Shown here: positions 18,394 to 27,350 of the stretch, piece by piece
Layout of the letters: every line of letters begins with the position of its first letter
Position numbering within the stretch: the stretch's first letter is position 1
DNA from: Gemmiger sp.
GTDB taxonomy: Bacteria > Bacillota > Clostridia > Oscillospirales > Ruminococcaceae
Direction of reading: 5' to 3'
Assembly: GCA_028710135.1 (NCBI GenBank)
Contig: JAQUSS010000001.1
Span: 14,751-78,750 of the forward strand
DNA length: 64,000 nucleotides
The notes under the pieces: model-generated
Told to the model about the DNA's origin: nothing
The model's input: the letters and a program-made list of their open reading frames with translations, nothing else
The model's database searches: none
Position numbers and translations under genes: made by a program

Positions 18394-18789
18394 GGTGTTG
18401 CCGAGGGGCGCGTAGCGGTAAAAAACGAGAGGGGCATTCGGAGATGCCGGATTCTCGGGATTTTCCGCATTTTCCGAATTTTCGGGCATTTGGGAAAGGT
18501 CCAGCACCGTTTCGGTGGTGTTGGCGGCCAGGTGCAGGGGTTCGCCACCCGGCAGGGTGAAGGTGAAGGTTGCCGTGCCGGTTACGGTGGGGGTGGCGCT
18601 GCCATCCCGCAGGGCGATATCGGCGGCATAGGCCAGGTTGCGGGCATCGGCAGCCATTCGGGTGGCGCGGCTGGCATAACCCATGGCCCCGGCCACCACG
18701 GCCAGCAGCAACAAAAACAACATAAAGGCGACCAAAACTTCCACCATGGTATCGCCGCGATGTCGGCGGAACAGCTTGTGAAACGGCAT
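18388..18789 (-). CDS. Type IV pilin-like protein (minor pilin)
   Basis: Basic leader then G|DTMVEVLVAFMLFLLLLAVV, a class III signal with E5; AAGGAGG RBS. Confidence 0.8.
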   Translation of the reverse strand: MPFHKLFRRHRGDTMVEVLVAFMLFLLLLAVVAGAMGYASRATRMAADARNLAYAADIALRDGSATPTVTGTATFTFTLPGGEPLHLAANTTETVLDLSQMPENSENAENPENPASPNAPLVFYRYAPLGNTP

Positions 18790-18863
18790 AGGCCCTCCTT
18801 GTTTTTTGATTTTTCATTTTTTAATTTTCGGGTGTGCCGATTTTCTATGGGGGTTGGCGTTGC

Positions 18864-19090
18864 GGGCCAGCCCGCCGGGGGCTGTCGGGGCGGGCCAGCT
18901 TGCCAGGGGATGCCAGAGCGGGCCACCCTGCCAGGAAATGCCGAGGCAAGCCAGCCTGCCGGAGGGATGCCGAGGCCAGCCTGCCTGCCGGGGGATGCAG
19001 GGGCGGGCCAGCCTGCCAGAGGCCGCCGGGGCAAACCAGCCCGCCGGGAAATACCGGGGCAAGCCAACCTGCCGGAGGCCGCCGGGGGCT
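18864..19090. repeat. Degenerate tandem repeat, about 8 units of 28-29 bp
   Basis: Units resemble GGGGC(G/A)(G/A)GCCAGCCTGCC(A/G)G(G/A)GG(A/C)TGCC, between the ATPase and pilin genes. Confidence 0.75.
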
Positions 19091-19148
19091 GACGGGGCGT
19101 GTCGGGCACGAAAAATGGCCCGCAACGGCGCGTGGGGCGGTTTTGCGG

Positions 19149-20444
19149 TTAATCCTCCAGGCAGGCAACCTTCAAAAATTCTTCGGGGGTGGTGATGCCG
19201 CTTTGCACTAAGGCCAACGCGCTTTCCCGCAGGGTACGGAAATTTTGGGTTTGGCGGGCCTGCGCGGCCAGGGCATCGGTGTTGGCACCCGCGGCAATAC
19301 ATTGGCGCAAGGGGGCATCCACCGCCACAATCTCGTGGATGGCAACCCGCCCCCGGTAGCCGGTGCCGTTGCAGTGGGGGCAACCGGCGCCCCGCCACAC
19401 GGTTTCCACCCCGCCCAGGTAGGCGGCTTCGGCTGCGGTGGTGGGGTGCGGGGCGCGGCACTGCGGGCAAACCCGGCGCAGCAACCGCTGGGCCACCAAC
19501 CCCGACACTGCACTGGCAATTTTGTACCGCTCAATGCCCATATCTGCCAGCCGCACCACGGCCGAAAGCGCATCGTTGGTGTGGAGCGTAGACAACACCT
19601 TGTGCCCCGTGATGGCGGCCCGCACGGACACGGCGGCGGTTTCGGCATCCCGCGTTTCGCCCACCATCAAAATATCTGGGTCCTGCCGGAGAAGGGCGCG
19701 CAGGCCTTTTTCAAAGGTGAGCCCCGCCGGAAGGTTGACCTGGCACTGGTTGACCCGCGCCAGCCGCCGTTCCACCGGGTCCTCAATGGTGGAAATGTTT
19801 TGTTGCCGGTGCGCCAGGTATTCCAGCGCGAGGTAGAGGGTGGTGGTTTTGCCGCTGCCGGTGGGGCCGGTTAGGTAAAGCAGACCGCCCGGGCGGTTGA
19901 GCAGGGGCAAAAACCGGCGGTAGGCCGCTTCATCCATTCCAAAATGCTCGGGGTGGGCAAGGGGCAGCGCCCCGCCCAGCAGCCGCAGCACGGCCTTTTC
20001 GCCAAACAGGGTGGGCAGGATGGATACCCGGACATCGGTTTCGGTTTCGGTTTCCGAGTCTGTTTTGCCGGCGGTGGTACTAAAGTGGCCATCTTGGGGG
20101 AGGCGGCGCTCGGCAATATCCAAATCCGACAAAATTTTTACCCGGGCAAGCAGCGCCGGGTGGAGGGCCGGGGGCAGCAGGGTATCGTCCAGCAGCATCC
20201 CATCCACCCGCATCCGCACGGCGGTTGCCTGGGCAAAAGGCTCGATATGGATATCGCTTGCGCCCGCCGCAATGGCCCGCGCCAGCAGGGTATCGAGCAG
20301 CTGCACGGCGGAATATTCGGTGGTGGCCCCGGCGCTTGCCCCAAGCGCGTTCCCGCCGCTACCCCCGGCGGTTGGCATGGCGAGGGGGAGGCCGGGTTCC
20401 TCGGTATAGCTTATCATCCGCATTCCCTTTCTGGCACATTCCAC
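19149..20444 (-). CDS. pilB: Type IV pilus/T2SS assembly ATPase (PilB/GspE family)
   Basis: ASDIHIEP, RLPQDG, Walker A GPTGSGKTT, TIEDPVE, LRQDPDILMVGETRD, TGHKVLSTLH, Zn motif CPQC...CPHC. Confidence 0.92.
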   Translation of the reverse strand: MECARKGMRMISYTEEPGLPLAMPTAGGSGGNALGASAGATTEYSAVQLLDTLLARAIAAGASDIHIEPFAQATAVRMRVDGMLLDDTLLPPALHPALLARVKILSDLDIAERRLPQDGHFSTTAGKTDSETETETDVRVSILPTLFGEKAVLRLLGGALPLAHPEHFGMDEAAYRRFLPLLNRPGGLLYLTGPTGSGKTTTLYLALEYLAHRQQNISTIEDPVERRLARVNQCQVNLPAGLTFEKGLRALLRQDPDILMVGETRDAETAAVSVRAAITGHKVLSTLHTNDALSAVVRLADMGIERYKIASAVSGLVAQRLLRRVCPQCRAPHPTTAAEAAYLGGVETVWRGAGCPHCNGTGYRGRVAIHEIVAVDAPLRQCIAAGANTDALAAQARQTQNFRTLRESALALVQSGITTPEEFLKVACLED

Positions 20445-20554
20445 TTCTTACACGTTTCTTTTTGGCGCGTTTTTTGGCCGGGCGTTTGGCAATTTTGGGC
20501 CGGGCGTTTGGCGCGGCCCTTCCGGCGGGGGCGTTTGGCGTTTTGGCCGGGGCC

Positions 20555-21172
20555 TCAGCCGCCCGGCGTGGGTGTGCAACCGTAGAACAGCAGGCCAAAT
20601 TCCACCTGGGTTTCGGTTTGGATGCCCGCCGTGCCGCTGCGGTAGGCGGTATCGGTAAACGAAAAATCGGTGACGCGCAGGGCGGGCTGGCTGGTTTGCA
20701 GGGCGGTTAAAAAGGCCCAAAACGCATCCCGGCTGCACTGGGCGCGGCAGCGAAGGGCCGTGGTTTGGGCATACCCCGGCGCGGCACTCTCGCTGGTTTG
20801 GGCAAGGGGTTGCGGCTCCGCCAGCGAGAGGGAGAGGGGCGTTATGCCGGCATCTAACAGCAACCCGGTGACAAGAGAATCCAGCGCGGCGGGGCGCAGG
20901 CTGGGCAGGCACCCCGGGGTGCCACCGGCACTGCCACTGCCCCCGGCTTGAGAAGCTTGAGAAGCTTGAGAATTTTGGGCGGTTTCAGCCGTGGGCTGCG
21001 TGGCGGCCAGCAGGCTTTCGGTGGCGGCTTGCTGGGCGGTGGCGGCATCCAACGCCTGCCGCGCGGCGGTGTAGCGGCCCCAGGCGGGCAGGATGGCAAG
21101 CTGAAAAAACAGTGCCCCGCACGCCACCAGGCAAAGCAGGGCAATACGGCGTTTTTCTTGCCCCGCGCTCAT
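20555..21172 (-). CDS. PilO-like alignment subcomplex protein (divergent)
   Basis: Single N-terminal TM, coiled segment, C-terminal alpha/beta region; follows the PilN-like gene with an ATGA overlap. Assigned mainly by synteny. Confidence 0.6.
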   Translation of the reverse strand: MSAGQEKRRIALLCLVACGALFFQLAILPAWGRYTAARQALDAATAQQAATESLLAATQPTAETAQNSQASQASQAGGSGSAGGTPGCLPSLRPAALDSLVTGLLLDAGITPLSLSLAEPQPLAQTSESAAPGYAQTTALRCRAQCSRDAFWAFLTALQTSQPALRVTDFSFTDTAYRSGTAGIQTETQVEFGLLFYGCTPTPGG

Positions 21173-21765
21173 GGTGTGGCCCCCTGGCCGGGGGCGGCCA
21201 ACACGGCGGAAAGCGCCAGCGCGTAGCCATCGGCACCGAGGGTGTAGCCGCCGTAATGCACGGCCTCAAACAGGCCGGTAGCCTCCAGCGCGGCAATGCA
21301 GGGCTGGATATCGGTTACCGCGCCAGCGGTGGCATCCAGCGAGAGCGTGCGGGTATCGGCCTGGTAGGCGGCAATTTCCAGCGTTACACCGCTGCCACCG
21401 GCGCGTTTTATCTCCGCGCGCAGGGTGGCTGAAAGGCGCGGGTAACCGGCAAGCTCGGCCCAGGCGGCATCGGCGGCAAGGGCCTGCGCGTCGGAACGGG
21501 TGCGGGCGGCGGCATCCCCGGCGGCCTGGCGGTAGGCGGGGGTGGCCTGTGTGGCAGAAGCAGTGGCCAGCAGGGCGGTGGTTTGGGCTTCCAACCGGGT
21601 GGTGAAGACGCACAAGCCCGCCCAAACGGCAACCAAACAGCACCCCAACGCCAAAATGGGCAGGGGCACCGGCAAAACCGGCCGCCCCCTGCCTGCCCGG
21701 CCACCCGGAAGGGTTGCCTGCTGCCAGCGGCGATAAAAATTGTTGTATTTTTGCCGTTTTGCCAT
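21169..21765 (-). CDS. PilN-like protein (divergent)
   Basis: Start moved to MAKRQKYNNFY (AAGGGGGG RBS); one TM; C-terminal LEATGLFEAVHY resembles PilN; follows PilM. Confidence 0.6.
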   Translation of the reverse strand: MAKRQKYNNFYRRWQQATLPGGRAGRGRPVLPVPLPILALGCCLVAVWAGLCVFTTRLEAQTTALLATASATQATPAYRQAAGDAAARTRSDAQALAADAAWAELAGYPRLSATLRAEIKRAGGSGVTLEIAAYQADTRTLSLDATAGAVTDIQPCIAALEATGLFEAVHYGGYTLGADGYALALSAVLAAPGQGATP

Positions 21766-21892
21766 GGCGCGGCCCCCCTTCCCTATGATTTTGAACGGTT
21801 TGAATTTTTGAAAATACAGAACAGCCGTTGCGCCTATTGCGCTTGTTGCGCTCGTTGCGCGTATTTGCACCTGTTTTTTGGGGCCGCTGGCG

Positions 21893-22792
21893 CTACCGCC
21901 CCAGCAGGTTGCCCACCGGGCAAAGCCAATCGGCCAGGTGGAAGCCTGCCGGCAACATGGCCTGGCGGGGGGCATCGGGCAGCTTGGCGGCGCGCAGGCC
22001 CAGGGCTGCGCAGCCGGGCAGGCAGGCGGCGAAATCGGCATTGGATGCCCCGCAAGTATAGGCATCGGTTACCGGCTGGGCCGAGGGCGCGGCCCCCCAC
22101 AGGGGTGCCAGGGCAGCCTGCCAGGCATCCGGCGCGGCATAGGGCAGCCGGGCGGTGCCGCAAAAGCAACCGCCCGATACCAACAGGGCCGTGATGGGGG
22201 CCGGTGCCCCCTGCCCTTCAAAAAATAGCAGCAGGTAGGACTTCCCGGCCAGGCCCGCCAACCGCGTGGTTAGCTGTAGCCCACTTGCCAGGGCGGTATC
22301 CACACTGCAAAGGGTAAGCCCGGCGGCGCGGGCCAGGGCGGCATAGCGGGCAATCAGCTCGGTTTCCACCGCGGTGGCCAGCAGGGTGACGGTTTTTGAA
22401 TTTGCGCGCCCCGGCAGGCAGAGATAATCGGCCAGGTAGGGCGCAGGGGTGCCCTGCCCCCGCGCGGCGCGGGCCGCCAGCTCTTGCCGGGCAATTTCGG
22501 CCAATTGGCGCGGGGGCAGGGCGGGGGCCGTTACCGGGTGGGATACAAAGCGGCTGCTGTGCACCGCCAGCGCAACCCGGCCCCGGGGCAACGCGTTGGC
22601 CGCCCAAAACCCGCGCAGCGCGGCGGCCAGGGCGGCTTCATCGGTAATTACCCCATCCTCCAGGCAGTGGGGCGGGAGCGGGGCCTGGCACAGGTTTTTT
22701 ACCTGCACCCGGGGGCGGCCCGGCCCGGGTTTTTCGCGGCCAACGGCGGCCTGGATGCTCTGGTTACCGAGGCAGACGGAAACAAGCGGCAT
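21893..22792 (-). CDS. PilM-like actin-fold protein (divergent)
   Basis: VSVCLGNQSIQAA...LEDGVITDEAALAAAL...AGLTLCSVD...YTCG matches the PilM/FtsA layout; 2 bp downstream of pilC. Confidence 0.7.
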   Translation of the reverse strand: MPLVSVCLGNQSIQAAVGREKPGPGRPRVQVKNLCQAPLPPHCLEDGVITDEAALAAALRGFWAANALPRGRVALAVHSSRFVSHPVTAPALPPRQLAEIARQELAARAARGQGTPAPYLADYLCLPGRANSKTVTLLATAVETELIARYAALARAAGLTLCSVDTALASGLQLTTRLAGLAGKSYLLLFFEGQGAPAPITALLVSGGCFCGTARLPYAAPDAWQAALAPLWGAAPSAQPVTDAYTCGASNADFAACLPGCAALGLRAAKLPDAPRQAMLPAGFHLADWLCPVGNLLGR

Positions 22793-22794
22793 CC

Positions 22795-23988
22795 CTACAC
22801 CCCACGGCCCAGCACCCCGTAGGACTGGTACAGGGGCAGCAGCACGGCCAGCATCACAAACGCCACCGCCGCCGCCATGATAAGAATCAGGGCAGGCTCG
22901 GCCAGGGCAGCCAACCGCCGCGCGGCGGCGCTGGCCTCGCCATCCAGTTCGGCGGAAAGGGCGCGCAGCAGCTCGCCCAGGCGGCCGGTTTCCTCCCCCA
23001 CCAGCAGGGCGGCGGCAAGGCGCGGCTCAAAGCCATCCACCGCGCCCAATGCGGCCGATAGGGCACACCCGGCCTGCACGCGGGCAATAACCCGCTCAAA
23101 CTGGCGGGCAATGTAGCAGTTGCCCACGGTTTCCTGCCCGGCTTGCAGGGCCGAAACAATGGGCGCACCGCCCCCGTATAGCCCCGAAAGGGTGCGGGCA
23201 AACCGGGCCGTGCAGAGGCAGCGGTGCATTTTGCCGGTGAAGGGCAGTGCAAGGCGGCACCGGGCCAGCGACATCTGCACCGAGGGTAGCCGAAGCACGG
23301 CGGCAACCAGCAGCGCGCCCAGCGCGGCCCAAAAAACCAGCAGCGGCCCGTGGGCCTGGGCAAAATTGTGCGCGCCCAGCAGCAGGGCGGTGGGCAGGGG
23401 CAGGGTGGGCAGCGCCGCAAACATGGTTTGGAAGCGGGGCAGCAGCACCTGCATAAAAAATACCACCACCAAAACCAATAGCCCCGCCAAAACGGCGGGG
23501 TAGGTAAAGCTATTGGCGGTTTGTTGCTCTAAAAAATGCTCCTGCTCGTAGTGGGTGGCCATGCGGGCGGCATTTTTGCCCATGGTGCCGTTACCCTCCC
23601 CGCTGCGCAGGGTGGCAATGAGCAGGGTGGGGAAAACGCCGCCCCGGTTTTCCATCGCCTGGGAGAGCGGGTTCCCCTGTTGCACCTCGGCCAGCAGGGC
23701 ATCGTACACCCGACGCTGGCTGCGGGTCAGCCCCGGCTCGGCGGCCAGCACCGTAAGGGCCTGGGCCACCGGCACCCCGGCGCACAGCAGGGTGGAAAGG
23801 CCGCGGCAAAACCCCGCCAGCCTGGCGGTGCCCAGCCGGTGGGGCGGCAAGGGCAAAGCAAAACAGCGAACCAAAAACGTGCCGTTTGCCCGCAACCGGG
23901 CATAGAGCAAGCTTTTGTTCGCTGCTTCGCACAGGCCGCGCGTTGCCCTGCCGGTTTCGTCCCTTGCGGTATACAAAAACCTGGGCAT
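22795..23988 (-). CDS. pilC: Type IV pilus platform protein (PilC/GspF family)
   Basis: FLYTARDETG, LSTLLCAGVPV, SGEGNG, YPAVL, VGEETGRL, EPALILIM; two GspF repeats. Confidence 0.9.
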   Translation of the reverse strand: MPRFLYTARDETGRATRGLCEAANKSLLYARLRANGTFLVRCFALPLPPHRLGTARLAGFCRGLSTLLCAGVPVAQALTVLAAEPGLTRSQRRVYDALLAEVQQGNPLSQAMENRGGVFPTLLIATLRSGEGNGTMGKNAARMATHYEQEHFLEQQTANSFTYPAVLAGLLVLVVVFFMQVLLPRFQTMFAALPTLPLPTALLLGAHNFAQAHGPLLVFWAALGALLVAAVLRLPSVQMSLARCRLALPFTGKMHRCLCTARFARTLSGLYGGGAPIVSALQAGQETVGNCYIARQFERVIARVQAGCALSAALGAVDGFEPRLAAALLVGEETGRLGELLRALSAELDGEASAAARRLAALAEPALILIMAAAVAFVMLAVLLPLYQSYGVLGRGV

Positions 23989-24106
23989 AGCACGCACAAC
24001 CTTCCATCACGAAATTTGAGCATCCCTTTTGCGTACCCGGGCGGCCACAGCGGGCCACCACGGTGGTACCACAAAAAATGGCAATTTCATGCCACTTAAT
24101 ACACAT

Positions 24107-24135
24107 AGTATACAAGAATGGTCGTTTTATTGCAA
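24107..24135 (-). promoter_or_regulatory. Sigma-A-like promoter for the pil operon
   Basis: Minus strand TTGCAA-N17-TATACT. Confidence 0.6.
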
Positions 24136-24306
24136 GGTGTGGGGGTGGGAAAAAGGGCAGAAAGCCCAAAAAGTTGGAATTTTTTTGAATTTTTTGCAAA
24201 AAGCGCCCCGCCGCGGCAGGTGCGCGGCGGGGCGGCGGAATTTTGCTAAAGCGCAAAACCACTTTGGCAAGTTTAAAAGTGGGGCTTATGCTTTCGCAAG
24301 TGGGGC

Positions 24307-25188
24307 TTATGCTTTCTCGATTTGAATCGACCAGCTGCTTTCCATGGCTTCACCGGGGGCTAGCAGCTCGTGCTTGCCGTCCTCGTTCAGGCTGTTGGCC
24401 CAGCCGTTCCAGGGCTCCATGCAAACAAACTGCTCGGCATTTTGCTGCCACAGCACCCCGTTTGTGAAGGAACCATCGGCATCCACCGTCACCTTGTGGC
24501 CGTTGCCGCTATCGGTGAAGGCGAGGGGGAAATCGACCCCCGTCAGCAGCCGAAGCGAGCTATCGGCCCCCGGCTCCTTGGCCAGGGTGATGGTGGCGGG
24601 GGCGGTGGGCTGCACCCCCTTGGGGTTTGAGGAGCAGGTGGCGCAGTGGATATCAAACTTCACATTTTCAAGCGCTGACACGCAAAAATACGGGTGGTAC
24701 CCAAAGCTGAAGGGCATGGGCTCCTCCCCCTCGTTGATGACCACAAGGTTGATGGTGGCGGTGGTGCCTTGCAGGTTGTAGGTGAGCAGAAGGGTGAAAT
24801 CAAACGGGTAGAGGAATTTGGTTAGCGGGCTGGCCGATAGGGTAAGGCAAACGCCGTCCGGGCCAACACTTTCCACCGCCCAGGCCGAAAGGTCGGCCAG
24901 GCCATGCACCTCCATCGGGTAGGGCTTGCCGCCAAAGGTATGTACCCCGCCATCCGGCATACCGCAGTTGGGGAAGAGCACCGGCACGCCAAACCGGGGG
25001 CGGTTGCTATCGCTAAAATTGGGGTAGCGGCGCCAAATAAATTCCTCCCCGTTCAGGGTAAAGCCGGTAATCATCCCGCCACGCTCGGGGGTGATGGTGA
25101 GCTGGGTGCCGGCCTCGGGGTCGGTGATGGTGTACTGCTCGTAGCAAACCGGGCCTTCGGTGATAAGTTGGGTTGCAATTTTGTTCAT
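24307..25188 (-). CDS. Aldose 1-epimerase family protein
   Basis: GVPVLFP, HGLA, PFSFGYHPYF, FVCMEPW; AGGAGG RBS. Confidence 0.9.
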   Translation of the reverse strand: MNKIATQLITEGPVCYEQYTITDPEAGTQLTITPERGGMITGFTLNGEEFIWRRYPNFSDSNRPRFGVPVLFPNCGMPDGGVHTFGGKPYPMEVHGLADLSAWAVESVGPDGVCLTLSASPLTKFLYPFDFTLLLTYNLQGTTATINLVVINEGEEPMPFSFGYHPYFCVSALENVKFDIHCATCSSNPKGVQPTAPATITLAKEPGADSSLRLLTGVDFPLAFTDSGNGHKVTVDADGSFTNGVLWQQNAEQFVCMEPWNGWANSLNEDGKHELLAPGEAMESSWSIQIEKA

Positions 25189-25243
25189 ACTAGTAAAACC
25201 TCCTATAAATATGGCGGCTGACCGCCCTGCATTTGATGAAATG

Positions 25244-25401
25244 ATTATAGCACAAATCCGCCAAGATTTGTGCTATAATTGCCCACCCGAAGCCGGTTGC
25301 CGGGCTGGCAACGCCAGAACGGCGAGGCGCCGGGCATAAGCGCTATAATACTTTTAAATGCAAGTATTATAGCACAAATTTCGGTAAATTTATGATATAA
25401 T
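25244..25401. repeat. 122-bp structured dispersed element, copy 2 (plus a third hairpin)
   Basis: ATTATAGCACAAATC-cgccaa-GATTTGTGCTATAAT, same core as copy 1, then GCTATAATACTT...AAGTATTATAGC. ATTATAGCACAAAT is repeated at 25244 and 25366. Confidence 0.85.
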
Positions 25402-25458
25402 GGCAACAAGTAATTTTATCTGCCCCCGGCAAGCGGGGGTGAAAGGGGGGGTGGCGCG

Positions 25459-26448
25459 GTGCGGAATTTTGGGGAGCTGCGGGCCGGTTGGCCCTTCCGG
25501 CGCATTTGCTCTACCCTGCGCATTTTGCGCACCCGGGCCACCCGGGTTATGCGCCCCACCCGGCGCATTTTGCCTAGCTGGCCTAGCCGGCCCGCCCGGC
25601 CCATGCGGCGAATTTTGCCCACCCTGCCCACCCTGCCTAGCTTGCCCGCCTTGCGCGCCCGGCCCGCCCAGCCCACGCGCCCCACCCGCAAGCCGGGGCG
25701 GGGCCAGGGCGCACCCGCCGCTGCGCCGGGGGCTACGCTGGTGGAGCTGATGGCTTCCATGGCGCTGTTTTCGGTGTTTGCGGCGGCGGTGGTGGGGGTG
25801 CTTGCCCCCTGCACCGCGCAGCTGGGGCGGCTGCGCCAGTGCAGCCAGGCCCAAACGGTGGCCGACACCCTGATGAACGATGTGCGGGCGCTGTTGCTCC
25901 ACGCGCAGGGGCCGGTTCGGTTTTGCGTGGCGGGGCAGGCACCGGGGGAGGAAGCCTGCATTTTTGCCGCCGCGCCCAGCGGTGCCACCTACAACGCAGT
26001 TGAATTTTTAACGCCCGACGGCTATTTGGCCCTGCTGGATGCGGGCATCCTGCCCGAAACTGTGCTTTCGCCCCCAGGCTCCACCGATGCGGGGGCCACC
26101 GCACCGCCTGCCCCGCCGGGGCGTTTGCACCTGCGCCGCTACCGCCCCACCGCCGCCACGGCAACCCAGCTATCCTACCGCTATTTTGCCGATGGCCGGT
26201 ATGTTGCCGCGGCCTGCACGCCCCTGCACCAGCCCGCCTTTTACGGCGGCAACACGGTTTTGTTGGAATTTGCCCCCCTATGGCAGCGGGGCAGCCCCGG
26301 CGATGCCAAAAACCTGTGGGTTGCCGCGGCCGCGGTAACCCTGACCGTGCAGGCCGCCGGGGGCGAAATTTTGGCCATTGCCCGCGCTGTGCTGGATTTT
26401 GCCAACCGCCCCCTTGCCGCCACCGCCCCTGCCGGATTTGCTGAGTAG
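25459..26448 (+). CDS. Type IV pilin-like protein with a long Arg/Pro-rich leader
   Basis: G|ATLVELMASMALFSVFAAAVVGVL class III signal at residue 91. Start is uncertain (GTG after GAAAGGGGGG). Confidence 0.7.
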   Translation: MRNFGELRAGWPFRRICSTLRILRTRATRVMRPTRRILPSWPSRPARPMRRILPTLPTLPSLPALRARPAQPTRPTRKPGRGQGAPAAAPGATLVELMASMALFSVFAAAVVGVLAPCTAQLGRLRQCSQAQTVADTLMNDVRALLLHAQGPVRFCVAGQAPGEEACIFAAAPSGATYNAVEFLTPDGYLALLDAGILPETVLSPPGSTDAGATAPPAPPGRLHLRRYRPTAATATQLSYRYFADGRYVAAACTPLHQPAFYGGNTVLLEFAPLWQRGSPGDAKNLWVAAAAVTLTVQAAGGEILAIARAVLDFANRPLAATAPAGFAE

Positions 26449-26557
26449 CCTACCTACCGCTTACCGCCATCTTTTTGTATCTGCCCCCTGCGCAGCCTGT
26501 TTGGGCTTGGCGGCGGGATATTTTTTTGCCCTTTTTTAGGTTTTGCCCCCCTGTGGA

Positions 26558-26587
26558 TTGACTTGCCCCCGGCGCATTGTGTATAAT
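26558..26587 (+). promoter_or_regulatory. Sigma-A-like promoter
   Basis: TTGACT-N18-TATAAT upstream of the PsiE-like and fbp genes. Confidence 0.6.
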
Positions 26588-26729
26588 TTTTACAGAAGTT
26601 TTGCCACTGGCACGGCAAAAAATTAACAATCCCCCGCTTTGCGGGGCCGTGCGGGCCGTAGCGGCCACCCGCCCTTTTTGGCCCGCCGCCCTGCCACGCC
26701 GCCCCCCAACGGAAACACGAGAGGTATTT

Positions 26730-27251
26730 ATGAAAGAAAACAACTGCCCCCACCACCCCCAGGAAAGCCGCCTGCATGGGCGGGAGGAGCATATCAAGCA
26801 TTTTTTGCGGGAGCAAACCGCCGAGCTTGCCGGTTTTATGGAAACGGCAGTTTCCATTTTGGTGCTGGTTGCCCTGGTTTTTAGCACCGGCCCGGTTTTG
26901 CGGGAGCTGCCCGACCTTTGGACCGGGGCCGACAACGAGAGCTTTCAGGTATTTTTGGGCCACGCCCTCAACCTGGTAATCGGCATTGAGTTTATCAAAA
27001 TGCTGGCCAAGCATACCCCCGGCAGCGCGCTGGAGGTGCTGCTTTACGCCATTGCCCGCCACATGATTGTGGGCACCGGCACCGCCACCGAAAACCTGTT
27101 GAGCCTGCTTGCCATCGGGCTGATTTTTGTTATCCGCAAATTTTGCTTTGTACCCTCCTTTGGCAGTACGCTGGCGAGCGGCGAGCCTGCGCCCGACTGT
27201 GTACCCGCCCCCCATGAAGCCGAGGATTTGGCCTACACCGACCCCGAATAG
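26730..27251 (+). CDS. PsiE-like membrane protein
   Basis: LNLVIGIEFIKML...EVLLYAIARHMIV pattern; GAGAGGT RBS before ATG 26730. Confidence 0.7.
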   Translation: MKENNCPHHPQESRLHGREEHIKHFLREQTAELAGFMETAVSILVLVALVFSTGPVLRELPDLWTGADNESFQVFLGHALNLVIGIEFIKMLAKHTPGSALEVLLYAIARHMIVGTGTATENLLSLLAIGLIFVIRKFCFVPSFGSTLASGEPAPDCVPAPHEAEDLAYTDPE

Positions 27252-27350
27252 CCCCAACAGCCCCCTTGGCCCCGCATTTTTTGGGCAGCGGCAGCCTACC
27301 GCACCGCCCCCATTTATGCCCCCCCACAACGGTAGAGAGGAAGCCTTTTG

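Noticed and set aside
17198-18560. ORFs across the repeat array (e.g. 17637..18548, 17674..18336)
   Set aside because: They are translations of GC-rich repeats with no RBS or protein-like composition.
21766-22065. N-terminal extension of the PilN-like ORF, or a pilM-pilN frameshift
   Set aside because: It overlaps pilM in another frame; pilM has its own stop and a good RBS precedes ATG 21765.
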